Origin: a virus
Lineage: Duplodnaviria > Caudoviricetes
Reading direction: 5' to 3' (one strand)
DNA length: 64,000 nucleotides
Virus record (IMG/VR): IMGVR_UViG_3300049892_000014
Coordinates: 32,001 to 96,000 of that record
This document shows positions 19,907 through 30,416 of the stretch, one piece after another. A model generated the notes under the pieces. The model was given only the letters and a program-made list of their open reading frames with translations. It was not told the origin of the DNA and ran no database searches. Every line of letters begins with the position of its first letter. Position 1 is the first letter of the stretch. Both the position numbers and the translations under genes were made by a program.

Positions 19907-20162
19907 TACCAGATCCCCTTCCCTCTATAACTTCTGTTAGATAGAATAACTCCCATTCTTCTTTAGTGAATTTCATCAGTCTTTCAGCAAACTTAGTCTC
20001 GCCTTCTGACTTTGTATAATGTCTATACGTAGACCCAGAAATAGACCTACCTATTGGTACTTGTACGTTTATCCAAGCTGAACTAGCATCTCTATATAGG
20101 TCAATGGTATCTAGTTCATTCTGCCTATATCTGAAGATAAGTCTAGTGTGATTTGTTTCCAT
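19896..20162 (-). CDS. hypothetical protein with shared C-terminal motif
   Basis: FTKEEWELFYLTEVIEG. Confidence 0.6.
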   Translation of the reverse strand: METNHTRLIFRYRQNELDTIDLYRDASSAWINVQVPIGRSISGSTYRHYTKSEGETKFAERLMKFTKEEWELFYLTEVIEGRGSGNGS

Positions 20163-20197
20163 GACGCTCTCCTAACTAATTGTGTTATAATAGCTAT

Positions 20198-20749
20198 ATG
20201 GGAAAAGATAATTGGTTAGTTAAAAAAGAGGGGCCAGAACCTTTACTGGCAAAGAAAACTAAAGCATATCCAGAATGGGAAAGGGCTAATGTATCCTATT
20301 CGCATTGGCTCAGCGGTAGAACTGCTGAAGAAATTGAGAAGTTTACAGGAGTAGCTCTAGTCGAAGTGGAAAAGGATATAGCGCATATAGAAAGTGTCCT
20401 ACCTTCTAAGACTCTCATTGCAAACAACAACACTAGACAGCGCATCTTACTACAGCGTACACAAGCTAAAGCATACGCTGATAAGTTACAAGATGCACTC
20501 ACTACTGATGTAGCAGCATATCTAAAAGCGGGATTAAACCCGACAACCCCTCTAAAAGAATATAGAGAGGCTGTCGGGATGACCGAAAAGCCTGGCGCAT
20601 TAAACATTCAAGTCAATCAGCAAACTAACGTAACTACAGGCGTTAGCAGGACTGAAGATATTATTCGCTCCGTAATGAATAAGATGCACCAGAAGGAAGA
20701 TGAGCCACCTATTATAGACGTTGAGGCAGAAGAAGCTGAAGCTGTTTAA
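20198..20749 (+). CDS. putative terminase small subunit-like HTH protein
   Basis: N-terminal HTH-like segment, C-terminal LNIQVNQQTN and IIDVEAEE; lone + strand gene with TGTTATAAT upstream. Confidence 0.45.
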   Translation: MGKDNWLVKKEGPEPLLAKKTKAYPEWERANVSYSHWLSGRTAEEIEKFTGVALVEVEKDIAHIESVLPSKTLIANNNTRQRILLQRTQAKAYADKLQDALTTDVAAYLKAGLNPTTPLKEYREAVGMTEKPGALNIQVNQQTNVTTGVSRTEDIIRSVMNKMHQKEDEPPIIDVEAEEAEAV

Positions 20750-21960
20750 TCTTCTTCTACTTGAATACAACGCTTAACCCAATCAGGCGGCTGACAGTTA
20801 TAGCTGCCTACTTTAACTACAATGACTGGAAACTTGGGAATAAATTTACCCCAATCAGCATCGCAATCTGATACAATGACAAGAAAATCAGGTCTAGGCT
20901 TTAGTTGAGCCGCAGCCTCTATCCCTGGCCCCATATTTGTACCACCGCCACCAACTAAGGAAATCTGCTTCCTAGACTTAACCTTCTGAACATGACCAAC
21001 GCTAGAATCATTACTGATTACAGTAACGTCTACCGCCAGTCCCTTCAGGATGCCGTCAACCTCACCAATAGCATGGGCCAAGTCTTTATTAGACATACTT
21101 CCACTGGTATCAATCTGTACGGCAACATTAGGCTTAGGCGCACGGAGACTTGGCATGATAATCTTGCCATATATAGACTGTCTTCTGGCTGGTCTGCTAT
21201 AAGTATAGTTGACCATACCTTGAGTTTCCCCGATCATGCCACGAATACATCCATTGAGAATTGTTCTCCATGGAACTGTACTCCTTAGCATGTCGTCAGC
21301 CCATCTCTCAAAGCCTCCAGGTATAGAACCCCTGCCCTTAGACCTTGCGTAATCCTGTATATCCTTTGCCACAGTATTCTTAATTACCTCTACTTCTTTA
21401 CCTGTGACTCCCTGTACGCTACCAGTACCATCACCTTCTGGTACACTTTCATCATCGCCCTCTCCAGTAGCACATCCACCACAAGCTCCACCGCCTACTG
21501 TAGGATTAGGGATTTGCTGTTTAATCTCCTCAGCCTTATCCATTAACAGCTTGAAGTATTCCTCAGCCATTAAACCTTCGTCAAAGCCAAAGGTTTCTTT
21601 GGGATAAATAACTCCTTTGGGTAGCTTAATATCTTTAATATCATCGTTAATCTCACAGTCAGCCGCAAGATTCCAGATCATATGTTCCGCCTGGGATGAT
21701 ACGCAGGATCTTATAGGATGATCTCTAAGTAAGTGCATGACCTCATGTACCATAACAGATGCTATCTCGTTAATACTCCATTGGTCAAATATACCAGAGT
21801 TATAAATCATCCTCCATCTCTTATCCACTCCCATCGTAACTTGTCCCGCAGTCCTACTGAGATCATCCGTCTCAATAGGAATAAGCGCAAACAATCCTGA
21901 TGAAAAGTAGGGAAAGAGATACGCTGCCCTAAGTCTTGCGGCGCATATTCTTTCGTCCAT
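20746..21960 (-). CDS. DUF2201-like metallopeptidase + VWA domain protein
   Basis: HEVMH, WNLAADCEIND, VQIDTSGSM (MIDAS), GGGGT. Confidence 0.9.
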   Translation of the reverse strand: MDERICAARLRAAYLFPYFSSGLFALIPIETDDLSRTAGQVTMGVDKRWRMIYNSGIFDQWSINEIASVMVHEVMHLLRDHPIRSCVSSQAEHMIWNLAADCEINDDIKDIKLPKGVIYPKETFGFDEGLMAEEYFKLLMDKAEEIKQQIPNPTVGGGACGGCATGEGDDESVPEGDGTGSVQGVTGKEVEVIKNTVAKDIQDYARSKGRGSIPGGFERWADDMLRSTVPWRTILNGCIRGMIGETQGMVNYTYSRPARRQSIYGKIIMPSLRAPKPNVAVQIDTSGSMSNKDLAHAIGEVDGILKGLAVDVTVISNDSSVGHVQKVKSRKQISLVGGGGTNMGPGIEAAAQLKPRPDFLVIVSDCDADWGKFIPKFPVIVVKVGSYNCQPPDWVKRCIQVEED

Positions 21961-22231
21961 TGGGTTTCCCTCCTTCGTGATGTTTAATCAGCTCATAAGC
22001 CATAGTTTTATATGTTTCAGTAATACTTCGGAGAGTAGTTTTCATTCCCTCTAGTTGACTGATGACTGTTAGAGCATCCTGTTCTGGAAGAATAAATTTA
22101 GGCCTAAACCTATAGCATCCATACCCCTTGACTCTAGCAAATCCGTCATCATCTAGCTTAACCAACTCATCCCATAAAAGATATGGGAATAAGTCATATG
22201 ACCAAAAAACATATTGTTTCTCTTTCATCAT
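21929..22231 (-). CDS. hypothetical protein
   Basis: Coupled ORF. Confidence 0.6.
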   Translation of the reverse strand: MMKEKQYVFWSYDLFPYLLWDELVKLDDDGFARVKGYGCYRFRPKFILPEQDALTVISQLEGMKTTLRSITETYKTMAYELIKHHEGGKPNGRKNMRRKT

Positions 22232-22404
22232 AAATCCTCAATGTTAATTCCGTAATGCTGGAGTACAACAGCTTCCAGCTTCTCGACTTCGGTAACCCAT
22301 TCAGCAGGTGGCTCAACTCCACTTTCATCTATAGCATCCAGTAGATCATTAGCGGCCTCCAATATATCCTTGGTTGAGTCAAGTATTTCATCAGTCTTAG
22401 ACAT
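22228..22404 (-). CDS. small acidic hypothetical protein (58 aa, below the ORF-track cutoff)
   Basis: MSKTDEILDSTKDILEAANDLL...; fills the gap with start/stop overlaps. Confidence 0.55.
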   Translation of the reverse strand: MSKTDEILDSTKDILEAANDLLDAIDESGVEPPAEWVTEVEKLEAVVLQHYGINIEDL

Positions 22405-22705
22405 ATTTACCCCCCAACTTAATCATTAGTAAAATTTTCTCTAACTCATCTTCTGACTTGTTCATCAAAAACTTAATAGTATTCGACTGAGCGTGGTGTT
22501 CTCCTCCGTGTAATAGCACAACAAGCTTACTTAATACAACATCATTCCACTCTCTGGGCATCCACTTCTTAATAGGATTACCATAATCGCCAGGGAATGT
22601 TTTGTATAGGATAAATATGCCATTCACGTCGTAAAACCAACCCCACCCGTTAGTCGTATCAATCCATGTTCGACCTATTACACCCACTTCCATATATACC
22701 TCCAA
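22397..22705 (-). CDS. hypothetical protein with shared C-terminal motif (start probably 22693)
   Basis: KSEDELEKILLMIKLGG. Confidence 0.6.
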   Translation of the reverse strand: MEVYMEVGVIGRTWIDTTNGWGWFYDVNGIFILYKTFPGDYGNPIKKWMPREWNDVVLSKLVVLLHGGEHHAQSNTIKFLMNKSEDELEKILLMIKLGGKYV

Positions 22706-22769
22706 TTAGTATTCAATTCCAGGCTCACCCTGAGCCAAGACTGAGCTAAGGGTGAGCCAAGATTCAATA

Positions 22770-23864
22770 CTACCAGAGTCCAGCTTGCGTCAATACATCC
22801 TTAAACCGCATAGCTTCTGGCGGCGGGAGCGATGTAGACTTAGGCCGATTCTTAACAAGCAATCTAGCACAAGAAGCCGCTATGTCTGCCACGTTCAATT
22901 CGGCAGCTTTAGCCAACACTCTCCAACCATTCAGCCATCGCTCATTGGTGTTGTTACTGATAACGACAGCTGTTACTGAGGTCAGTAAGGCGTAAGCCCT
23001 ATCTCCACGTTTAGGAAGAACAAGCTTTTCGGGATGAGCCAATACAACTTCAGGATCAGGCAACTCATCACCCTCTTGAAACTTCTTAAACTCTAGAGCT
23101 GGGCCGTCCCCAACACATCCAGCTATAAGTTCAAAGACTACATCGTCAGAGTCTTTGAAACCAAACGCTCTAGCAGCAGCCAATAGCCTTGCAGCCATAT
23201 CCCATGTTCTATTACTTGGCCACGCTTTACCACGACTATCCTCATCCTTAGGAATAGCATTACGCAGATTAGGACGAGTGCGAACAAATGAAACTATCGC
23301 AGTTCGAGCTAATTGGATATTAGCAGGTTTATCCCAATCTTTAGGAAGTTCCTGCTTTTTAGACTGCGGCCATCCAGAGATCATACCCTCAGACCATGAA
23401 TCCAGAGTATCCGCAAAATCAAAGTGAACAAACCTATTAGCCAACGGAGGAGATAGCTCCCATCCATTAGCCGCTTGCTCAGGTGGATTAGCAGCAGCTA
23501 CGATAGTGACATGCTTAGGTAGCTGAAGATCACCAACAGCCTTATCTAAAACCACTCTAAGCAATGCACTCTGTACAGCCGGTGGAGCCGTAGAGATTTC
23601 ATCTAAGAATAAGACTCCAGGAATATCGGTATTCAATCGGTGCGCCCAAGACGGCGGAGCATAATGTACAACTCCATCCGCACCCTGAATAGGTAGGCCG
23701 CTAAAGTCCGAAGGTTCACGGATAGCGGCAATAACTACCTCACAGTTCCAATCCATACTCTTTGCTACGTCAACAAACCAAGAAGACTTACCAACTCCAG
23801 GAGGGCCAGTTAGTAGCACTGGAACGCCCGCCAACATTGCAATAGTCATAGCTTTACCACTCAT
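22770..23864 (-). CDS. MoxR-like AAA+ ATPase
   Basis: GPPGVGKS, LFLDEI, AAANPP, PLANRFVH; partner of the downstream VWA protein. Confidence 0.92.
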   Translation of the reverse strand: MSGKAMTIAMLAGVPVLLTGPPGVGKSSWFVDVAKSMDWNCEVVIAAIREPSDFSGLPIQGADGVVHYAPPSWAHRLNTDIPGVLFLDEISTAPPAVQSALLRVVLDKAVGDLQLPKHVTIVAAANPPEQAANGWELSPPLANRFVHFDFADTLDSWSEGMISGWPQSKKQELPKDWDKPANIQLARTAIVSFVRTRPNLRNAIPKDEDSRGKAWPSNRTWDMAARLLAAARAFGFKDSDDVVFELIAGCVGDGPALEFKKFQEGDELPDPEVVLAHPEKLVLPKRGDRAYALLTSVTAVVISNNTNERWLNGWRVLAKAAELNVADIAASCARLLVKNRPKSTSLPPPEAMRFKDVLTQAGLW

Positions 23865-23880
23865 ATGTTTTCTCCTTAAG

Positions 23881-24141
23881 TTATTGTTTTTTCTTCGGGT
23901 TGCAAATAGGACAATCATCTTCCTGGTCTGAGATCCGATCAGGAACTAATGGCCATTGATTTAACTCGCTGACCTGGTTTAAGTCTCCAGTCCATTTTGA
24001 TGATGTGCTATGGATAGTTACAGATGGTATCTTATACTGCTCTACCATAGACTTCACATCATTAAGTTTATGGATATGACGGCTAATAATCTGTCCGTCT
24101 GGCAGTGTGAAATCAACTTCAAAACCTTTCGTCTTACTCAT
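23881..24141 (-). CDS. hypothetical protein with C-terminal CPIC
   Basis: AAGGAG RBS. Confidence 0.55.
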   Translation of the reverse strand: MSKTKGFEVDFTLPDGQIISRHIHKLNDVKSMVEQYKIPSVTIHSTSSKWTGDLNQVSELNQWPLVPDRISDQEDDCPICNPKKKQ

Positions 24142-24144
24142 CGT

Positions 24145-25107
24145 TTACTCCTTTGGATATTTATTGATATAATCATAAGAATAATTGACTATATCATGTA
24201 TTGATACTGCATAGATAGCTTTTTCTGCTAACGCTACCCGTTCTTGAAGCTCTGCCACATAAGCGTCTACATGTGAACTATTCTCATGCTTACTGGTAAC
24301 TGCCGCTATTTTTGTAGACAAAACTATCTCTCGTAAAGTATTCAGATTACCACCAGCGGCTAGCCAATCAGAGAAGTCTCCCTTTTCTGGAAGGCCTGGC
24401 AATTCTACTACCTTAACTAAATTAGCTAATGCAGCAATGCCATAGAGAATAGTTTTAGCATGTTGTTGTCCAGCCTGGTCATTATCAGGAATAATTACAA
24501 CATTCTTTCCCTTAAACCATTGATTGTAATCTTCCTTCCAACTATTAGCTCCCATCGGATTAGTAGTAGCCGGTAGTCCTAACTTCCACATAGCATCAGC
24601 ATCCTTCTCGCCTTCAACTATGTAGACTACTGGCCTATCTATCCATTCATTGATACGATATGGATATAGTTTAATATCTCCAATCCCAGGTTGCCAATCA
24701 GGATTATGCTCCCAGTCTGCAATGTTTCGATACAAAGCGTAAGACTTCTTATTGTTATCGTCAATAAACTTCTTGACCAATAAGAATGGATTACCCTTCG
24801 GATCTCTATAGACGTGAGAATTAACAAAGTTTCCCTTTGTCCTAGCTCTTTCTTCCATAAGCCCCCTTTCTACAAGCCAAGTAATCACATCACTTACCTT
24901 GTTTTTATTACTGATAAAGAAAGCAAAGTCCCAAGCTCCTCCATGCTTACCGCAAGGCCCACACATCCACACATTCTTATCGGGATGTATGGTTAAGCTG
25001 CCATGTAGATCGTCATGATTGGGACAATGAAAAATAATCTGCTGTCCAACCTTTCGGTCAAACTGCAATCCAACAGTCTTAGCAATGGCTGAACAAGTGA
25101 TATTCAT
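24145..25107 (-). CDS. DNA primase (CHC2 Zn finger + TOPRIM)
   Basis: CPNHDD...WMCGPC, YIVEGEKDAD, IIPDND.AG, KGDFSDWL. Confidence 0.9.
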   Translation of the reverse strand: MNITCSAIAKTVGLQFDRKVGQQIIFHCPNHDDLHGSLTIHPDKNVWMCGPCGKHGGAWDFAFFISNKNKVSDVITWLVERGLMEERARTKGNFVNSHVYRDPKGNPFLLVKKFIDDNNKKSYALYRNIADWEHNPDWQPGIGDIKLYPYRINEWIDRPVVYIVEGEKDADAMWKLGLPATTNPMGANSWKEDYNQWFKGKNVVIIPDNDQAGQQHAKTILYGIAALANLVKVVELPGLPEKGDFSDWLAAGGNLNTLREIVLSTKIAAVTSKHENSSHVDAYVAELQERVALAEKAIYAVSIHDIVNYSYDYINKYPKE

Positions 25108-25343
25108 GATAGCCTATCCATTAAATATTCTAGGTTCATTTGTTTGTATACAATTCTTTTAATTGTATTTGGAGCTAGTTTATACATGATGCCTAGGGTT
25201 TCCAAGACTTCATTCTCTATATATTGCACATTCTTGCCGTCACAGTCATGCCTCCAATGCGGGCAATCTCTCCAAGATGCTAAGATATTTCTATCTCTAT
25301 TCATTATGGCTATTTTTCTATCTAATCTTTTCATGTTTATCAC
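25104..25343 (-). CDS. hypothetical protein
   Basis: Coupled ORF. Confidence 0.5.
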   Translation of the reverse strand: MINMKRLDRKIAIMNRDRNILASWRDCPHWRHDCDGKNVQYIENEVLETLGIMYKLAPNTIKRIVYKQMNLEYLMDRLS

Positions 25344-25584
25344 CTATTAAATCTGATAATTTAATCAAGATGGATAAATCATTTAACTCGTAAATAGATT
25401 TTGCTATTGCAAGCAAATACTCTTTATCGCAATTCAAGCAACAATCGTAACCTAAGTTAATGGTAACGCTATCCGGCCCATGCTTTTCACAATGCGGATA
25501 ATTATAACCTCTTTCAGAAATATTGATAGGCGCACCAGTCATCGCCACACCCCTATTCCTACTATAAGTTATCGTAGCTCTCAT
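25318..25584 (-). CDS. hypothetical Cys-containing protein
   Basis: GGAGG RBS after a hairpin, ATG at 25584. Confidence 0.55.
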   Translation of the reverse strand: MRATITYSRNRGVAMTGAPINISERGYNYPHCEKHGPDSVTINLGYDCCLNCDKEYLLAIAKSIYELNDLSILIKLSDLIGDKHEKIR

Positions 25585-25640
25585 ACATCCTCCTATAGTA
25601 AACATTCCCAGGCTATACAGAGTATAGCCAAGGATAAAAA

Positions 25641-26651
25641 CTAAGTAGTGATGATATGTTTTGGATTGTTTTTAGTTACTTCCAATAAAACATCCAAAGC
25701 GGAAGCTTTTACATCATTGCCAGTTCCGAAGATAGCCGACTCCGCCCTAAGCATGTCCTCGGTTAGATTCTTTCTTTTAGCTGTACTACGAACACTCTTT
25801 TCATGGTCTACATAAGCATTAATAGCTCCAAGCAGAGAATAGGCAGAACCCTTAACTTCTGGCACTACGTTGTATTGATTATTGTCAAACAGCTCAATAA
25901 TCCGAAGCATGACATTATCACGCCTTGTACTCTGATCTCCAGGAAATACCTGATCCAAGGCTTCTGCCATACTCTCCTTAGTCATATCACGTTCCGCTAA
26001 GATATTCAACTTCGCTTGAATATCCTGAGAACTTAATACAACTTGATCCATAAGACTCTTAGCAGCCGCTAACTTACGCTCTGCATTAGTCGTATGTTTA
26101 ATCCTTAAAACTTCTCCATTACCATATCGCAATGCAGTCTGTAGAGAAGTTCCACGCTTCACATTGATATGTGTAAGCCTAGCTGTAGTAGCCATAGATC
26201 CATCATGGCTAGAAGCAAATAGGATATGGGCTTTATTCAAATCGTCAGTCCCATTGATAAAGAAGTCACAAGCAGGACAACGTACTAATACCCAAAAGAC
26301 ATTGCCATCTCCCAAAGCTCCAGCGGACTCATAATGAGATCCTCCCGCTTCTCCTATGAGAGTATCGACAAAGTTAAAGGCGTATTCAAACTGTAATGGA
26401 CGATATACGCTGCCAACTGTAGCAAAGAATCTATCGTTATCATCTCTGAATATACCAAAAGCGTTAATCTTTTCACCCGAACCATTCGGATGAACTAACT
26501 GACGCTTAGAGACTGTGAAAGTTAAATGAGCTAGTTGCCTAGCTTGTTCCCAGGTTACTGGCTTATCTGATACTTGAGACAAACCATCGGCCTGGCCTAC
26601 TACAAACGACATATACTCGTTGCTGAGTACATCAAAGGCCATGCTTTTCAT
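25641..26651 (-). CDS. DUF932-family protein
   Basis: YESAGALGDG, SSHDGS, IKHT, AYSLLGAINAYVDH, FGTG..VK. Confidence 0.88.
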   Translation of the reverse strand: MKSMAFDVLSNEYMSFVVGQADGLSQVSDKPVTWEQARQLAHLTFTVSKRQLVHPNGSGEKINAFGIFRDDNDRFFATVGSVYRPLQFEYAFNFVDTLIGEAGGSHYESAGALGDGNVFWVLVRCPACDFFINGTDDLNKAHILFASSHDGSMATTARLTHINVKRGTSLQTALRYGNGEVLRIKHTTNAERKLAAAKSLMDQVVLSSQDIQAKLNILAERDMTKESMAEALDQVFPGDQSTRRDNVMLRIIELFDNNQYNVVPEVKGSAYSLLGAINAYVDHEKSVRSTAKRKNLTEDMLRAESAIFGTGNDVKASALDVLLEVTKNNPKHIITT

Positions 26652-26965
26652 AAATCCTCCCCATGAAATGCGGCATCAGCTATCGCTTCTACTTCTTCAT
26701 CACTAGCGTAGCCAATGAGAGCTTTATTGATAGGAAAGCCATCATCATCAAAAGCTTTAATAGCTTCCATATCAGTATCTTCGCCATCGTGATCTTTGAG
26801 ACATTCACGTTTATAAGACTCTGTTTCTTCTCTTAGCTGGATCAAAGTCTCATCAATCATGTTTGCCAATATATCCCTGCCTTCCGAAGATGACAAGTCA
26901 ATCTTGTCTATCTCTTCACAGACAGTCCAAGCGGCACCATCATTGTCTTCGATGACTAATATCAT
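26648..26965 (-). CDS. acidic hypothetical protein
   Basis: AGGAGG RBS. Confidence 0.6.
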   Translation of the reverse strand: MILVIEDNDGAAWTVCEEIDKIDLSSSEGRDILANMIDETLIQLREETESYKRECLKDHDGEDTDMEAIKAFDDDGFPINKALIGYASDEEVEAIADAAFHGEDL

Positions 26966-26977
26966 ATTCCTCCTTGG

Positions 26978-27637
26978 TTAGTTATTGTAATACTCACTTT
27001 CATACCTATCCATGTACTGCATATTCCCAGGATCTTCAATAATCAATGCTAACCTTGCGCATCCAAGAGAATCTTTCGGTACACTTGTTGGAGTTGAATC
27101 GAAGTCTAGTCCAAAATGCTCAGAAAATCTTCGAGACTCAGCCATCTTAGTTTCGGCAGCATTTAATTTCCATCGCTTAGACCAATTCTCTCTAGCACGA
27201 ACAACTTTAAGTGCTAGAATATCTATATCATCCCTATAATCTTTTAATATAGACTGTAGATGATGATGATATGGCTTCCTATACTTAGATAAGTGAACAC
27301 GAAATACTTTGTATCCACTCAGTAATTCCATATGATCATCAGACCATATGTTATGGTTTCTGATGGCATGAAACGCAGCATAGCTATGCTGTCTAGTAGT
27401 TTGAGACTTACTATCAATACAGTTTAGAAAGACACACTCATCCTTCCCCTCCATTCTAACGAAAGATGCGACAGGATAATGCGCACCAAAACTATAAAGG
27501 GTATCATTTCTATAATATAGTGAGTAATCTGTATTTCTAGCATGGTCTTGCTCTTTTTCAGCCCACAACTCTGCAACTCTACGATTGTTATATACTATCT
27601 TTGGTCGTTTCTTTTTCAGAGTAATAGAAATTTCCAT
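26978..27637 (-). CDS. conserved phage hypothetical protein
   Basis: LYSFGAHYPVA...SQTTRQH. Confidence 0.65.
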   Translation of the reverse strand: MEISITLKKKRPKIVYNNRRVAELWAEKEQDHARNTDYSLYYRNDTLYSFGAHYPVASFVRMEGKDECVFLNCIDSKSQTTRQHSYAAFHAIRNHNIWSDDHMELLSGYKVFRVHLSKYRKPYHHHLQSILKDYRDDIDILALKVVRARENWSKRWKLNAAETKMAESRRFSEHFGLDFDSTPTSVPKDSLGCARLALIIEDPGNMQYMDRYESEYYNN

Positions 27638-27885
27638 TAGTCTAGCTCCTTAAGAGTCCATAGTATATCACTATCAACCCTACGCAGTCCAATCCAATAG
27701 CCATGCTTCTCATAAGTTACCTTGCGCTCCCAACCAATCTTGGGCAGAACAGGAATATGATAGCCATTAGGATCAGACTGCTGACATAAGATTTTAGCTT
27801 CACTCTCAGTAATATAATACAATCCATTACTGAGAAGTCTTTTTTCTAAATCAAGCTTCATAGCCACTCCTGCATAGGCTTGCAA
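27637..27885 (-). CDS. hypothetical protein
   Basis: Coupled ORF. Confidence 0.5.
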   Translation of the reverse strand: MQAYAGVAMKLDLEKRLLSNGLYYITESEAKILCQQSDPNGYHIPVLPKIGWERKVTYEKHGYWIGLRRVDSDILWTLKELD

Positions 27886-28079
27886 TTCTCTAGCTTCTTA
27901 ACAATTGAAGCCTCATGAGTGTGGCCATCCTGGGTTAGTATTTCAGATATAGTAGGTGATTTCATATCGCAAATTTGCCTAACTATATCCAACATTGTAC
28001 GATAGTGTGCATTGATCTCATTGAGACCTGAGACTTCTCCACACAACGGACAATAATCATCTTGCCACGACATATACAT
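27858..28079 (-). CDS. small Zn-ribbon protein
   Basis: CPLCG; RBS follows a hairpin. Confidence 0.55.
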   Translation of the reverse strand: MYMSWQDDYCPLCGEVSGLNEINAHYRTMLDIVRQICDMKSPTISEILTQDGHTHEASIVKKLENCKPMQEWL

Positions 28080-28371
28080 ACTCCTTTCACTAATAAATCA
28101 ACCCCAGTCTACGCAGGTCGCTTAAGCTAGAATCTTTCCAGAATGATAGGCAGACACTCAGCCTATCAAACTCGTCCTAGCCCTCTCTACACGTAGACAA
28201 GAGCAAAGCTATTAGCGGGATTATTCAGTTGCATACACTAACTGTATGCCACTAACTAAGCACACTATGGATAGCCAAGCTTTAGGGCCAAGAGTATGAG
28301 CTAAGAGACCATACCCTATAGCTATTAAAATATATCCAGCAAATCTTATAGACTTCATGGAAGCCTCCTTT

Positions 28372-28983
28372 CTAAAACTCAAACTTATCTTTCCCACCTA
28401 TAACATTCATCATCTTATCCATTTCAAAGCGATACATTTCTTCGTCTGATAATCCATAATTGATAGACCATTTAGTAGCTTCGTTGAGATCTGAGACAGT
28501 TTTGAATAAAGTCTCTAGCTCTTGATAAGTCCAATGTTTCCAATATGACGTAGTAGGCTTATCATCTGAAAATAATTTATTAAACCTATCTCTAATTGAC
28601 GCCTGGTATTTTATGGATAGTAACTCCTTATAACAATTCACATCTAAGGCAGCTATACTACCATAATAATTTACCTGAGATATATTATATTTATTACTCA
28701 ACAGTATGCGATAGATGCTGTCAACTCTATTCATAAGGCAATGGCCATCCCGATAAATTCCTAAATCTTTTCCCTTAACCATATAGCCATCATGGTCAAA
28801 CATTACAACTAAATTAGCCGGTCTATCCATATAAGCCATAACAACATTTCCCATAAACAAGAAATCCCGTATAATTGTGACTTCCCGTTTACCTTTGTAC
28901 TTAAAAGATGCGTATTTCTGTCCACGCATCCAGGCCATGGTTACTCCTGCAATATCTGAATAAATAGCTTTTTGCTTAGGCAT
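28372..28983 (-). CDS. hypothetical protein
   Basis: AAGGAG RBS follows a hairpin. Confidence 0.65.
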   Translation of the reverse strand: MPKQKAIYSDIAGVTMAWMRGQKYASFKYKGKREVTIIRDFLFMGNVVMAYMDRPANLVVMFDHDGYMVKGKDLGIYRDGHCLMNRVDSIYRILLSNKYNISQVNYYGSIAALDVNCYKELLSIKYQASIRDRFNKLFSDDKPTTSYWKHWTYQELETLFKTVSDLNEATKWSINYGLSDEEMYRFEMDKMMNVIGGKDKFEF

Positions 28984-29302
28984 CCTATCTCCTTTCTCAA
29001 ATACACATTCCCAGGCTTAACAAGCGTCGTTCCAATTACACCAGTTAAGCCAAGGATACATATTCGATATCCTATTTAGATGTGGAGCCTATCCCTAAAC
29101 AGCACATAATAGATAGACTTGTGGCTTTTCTACATATGGGTATCCTCCTTTCTTTTTATAGGAGAAACATAAGTCTTACCATTTCGTAGTTTACACATAC
29201 CCAAAGCTTGATGGCATAGCCTACTATAGTGGCAGCACCAGTTTTTCTTTAGCAAACCCTTATTCCACAAAGATTGACAGTCTCTACATCGCTTTGGGCA
29301 TT

Positions 29303-29761
29303 TCATTTGTACTCCTGTGTAATCTCATCTCTATGCTCCATAAGCAGGATTCCTAGCATATTCTGCCCAGTATGCCCACAGTCTGGGCAATGACATATAC
29401 CCCAGAAGGTCTCATGGATGTAGTTACCATACTGTAGATCAACTGGATAAGTTTCCTTGAGCATATATTTTAATAACTTATCCAAGAATTTAACCCTTAT
29501 AAGCGTTCTCATGATCTCTAGTTTATATGTTGACCAATCAGGCCTCATATTGGACAGTATGCCAGCTCTGATAGCGTATGTGGGATACTTTTGCTTTCTT
29601 ATATACTCACGATACTGCCTACCTTCTTCGGTTTCGCTAGACATCTTAGAAGCCTGATAAGCATGTTCCACAGTTTTGTAATAGACTCCATCAAACAATA
29701 TAGGCTTACCTATATAATTATTTGAGAGAAAGCTATTACCTTGTTTGAAGAATCTTATCAT
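29303..29761 (-). CDS. NADAR-family ADP-ribosylhydrolase (YbiA-like)
   Basis: FLSNNY, YKTVEHAYQASK, RPDW...K..IM..LIRVKF, FWG, GQNMLGILLM. Confidence 0.92.
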   Translation of the reverse strand: MIRFFKQGNSFLSNNYIGKPILFDGVYYKTVEHAYQASKMSSETEEGRQYREYIRKQKYPTYAIRAGILSNMRPDWSTYKLEIMRTLIRVKFLDKLLKYMLKETYPVDLQYGNYIHETFWGICHCPDCGHTGQNMLGILLMEHRDEITQEYK

Positions 29762-29776
29762 TTTGTCTCCTAACTC

Positions 29777-29977
29777 CTACAAATAAAAAACCCGATCACC
29801 CTTAACATAGGCTGTTCGGTTATATTTCCAATGTCTATTAGACTCAGTCCATCCAGAATTAACTAGCCCATTCTTTACTCTAATCCATATTCTCCTACAC
29901 TCCTCAATCGGAGCATAGTAAGGATAATACACATGAGCAAAGACTACTCTTTGTTTCTTATTCTTCTTCTTTTTCAT
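29777..29977 (-). CDS. hypothetical protein
   Basis: GGAGG RBS follows a hairpin. Confidence 0.55.
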   Translation of the reverse strand: MKKKKNKKQRVVFAHVYYPYYAPIEECRRIWIRVKNGLVNSGWTESNRHWKYNRTAYVKGDRVFYL

Positions 29978-30161
29978 AGTCTATCCTCCATAAAACAATC
30001 CCAGGCTTAATCCGAAGATTAAGCCAAGGTTATTCTATGAGTCTTTACTGAACATTCTTGACTGTATCTTATATCTAGCAGTCCTATCCTGTCTAAATCC
30101 AGGATTAAGACTTCCACAGTTTGCCCTACGAGTCATCTTAGGATTAGACTGATGGATTAGC

Positions 30162-30392
30162 CTAGTCTTCTTGTTGACCTCTGACTTCCACAGTTGAGCT
30201 AGACTCATTGATACTCCTGCTAGATTTTATAGTTAGAATCATCAGCACAGCTCCTAATAGATAAGCTATTGCCTTATCATATTGGGTAGAGTGCAGTAGA
30301 GAATCCATACCAATAAAGGTACAGTAGATACCTAATATGCTCACAACGATTAGACATACAAGATTAAACAAATGCCATAGCAATGACAACAT
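30162..30392 (-). CDS. small membrane protein (2 TM)
   Basis: Two hydrophobic stretches, RBS. Confidence 0.55.
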   Translation of the reverse strand: MLSLLWHLFNLVCLIVVSILGIYCTFIGMDSLLHSTQYDKAIAYLLGAVLMILTIKSSRSINESSSTVEVRGQQED

Positions 30393-30416
30393 ATAGTCTG
30401 CCCTCCATAAGCAGGA

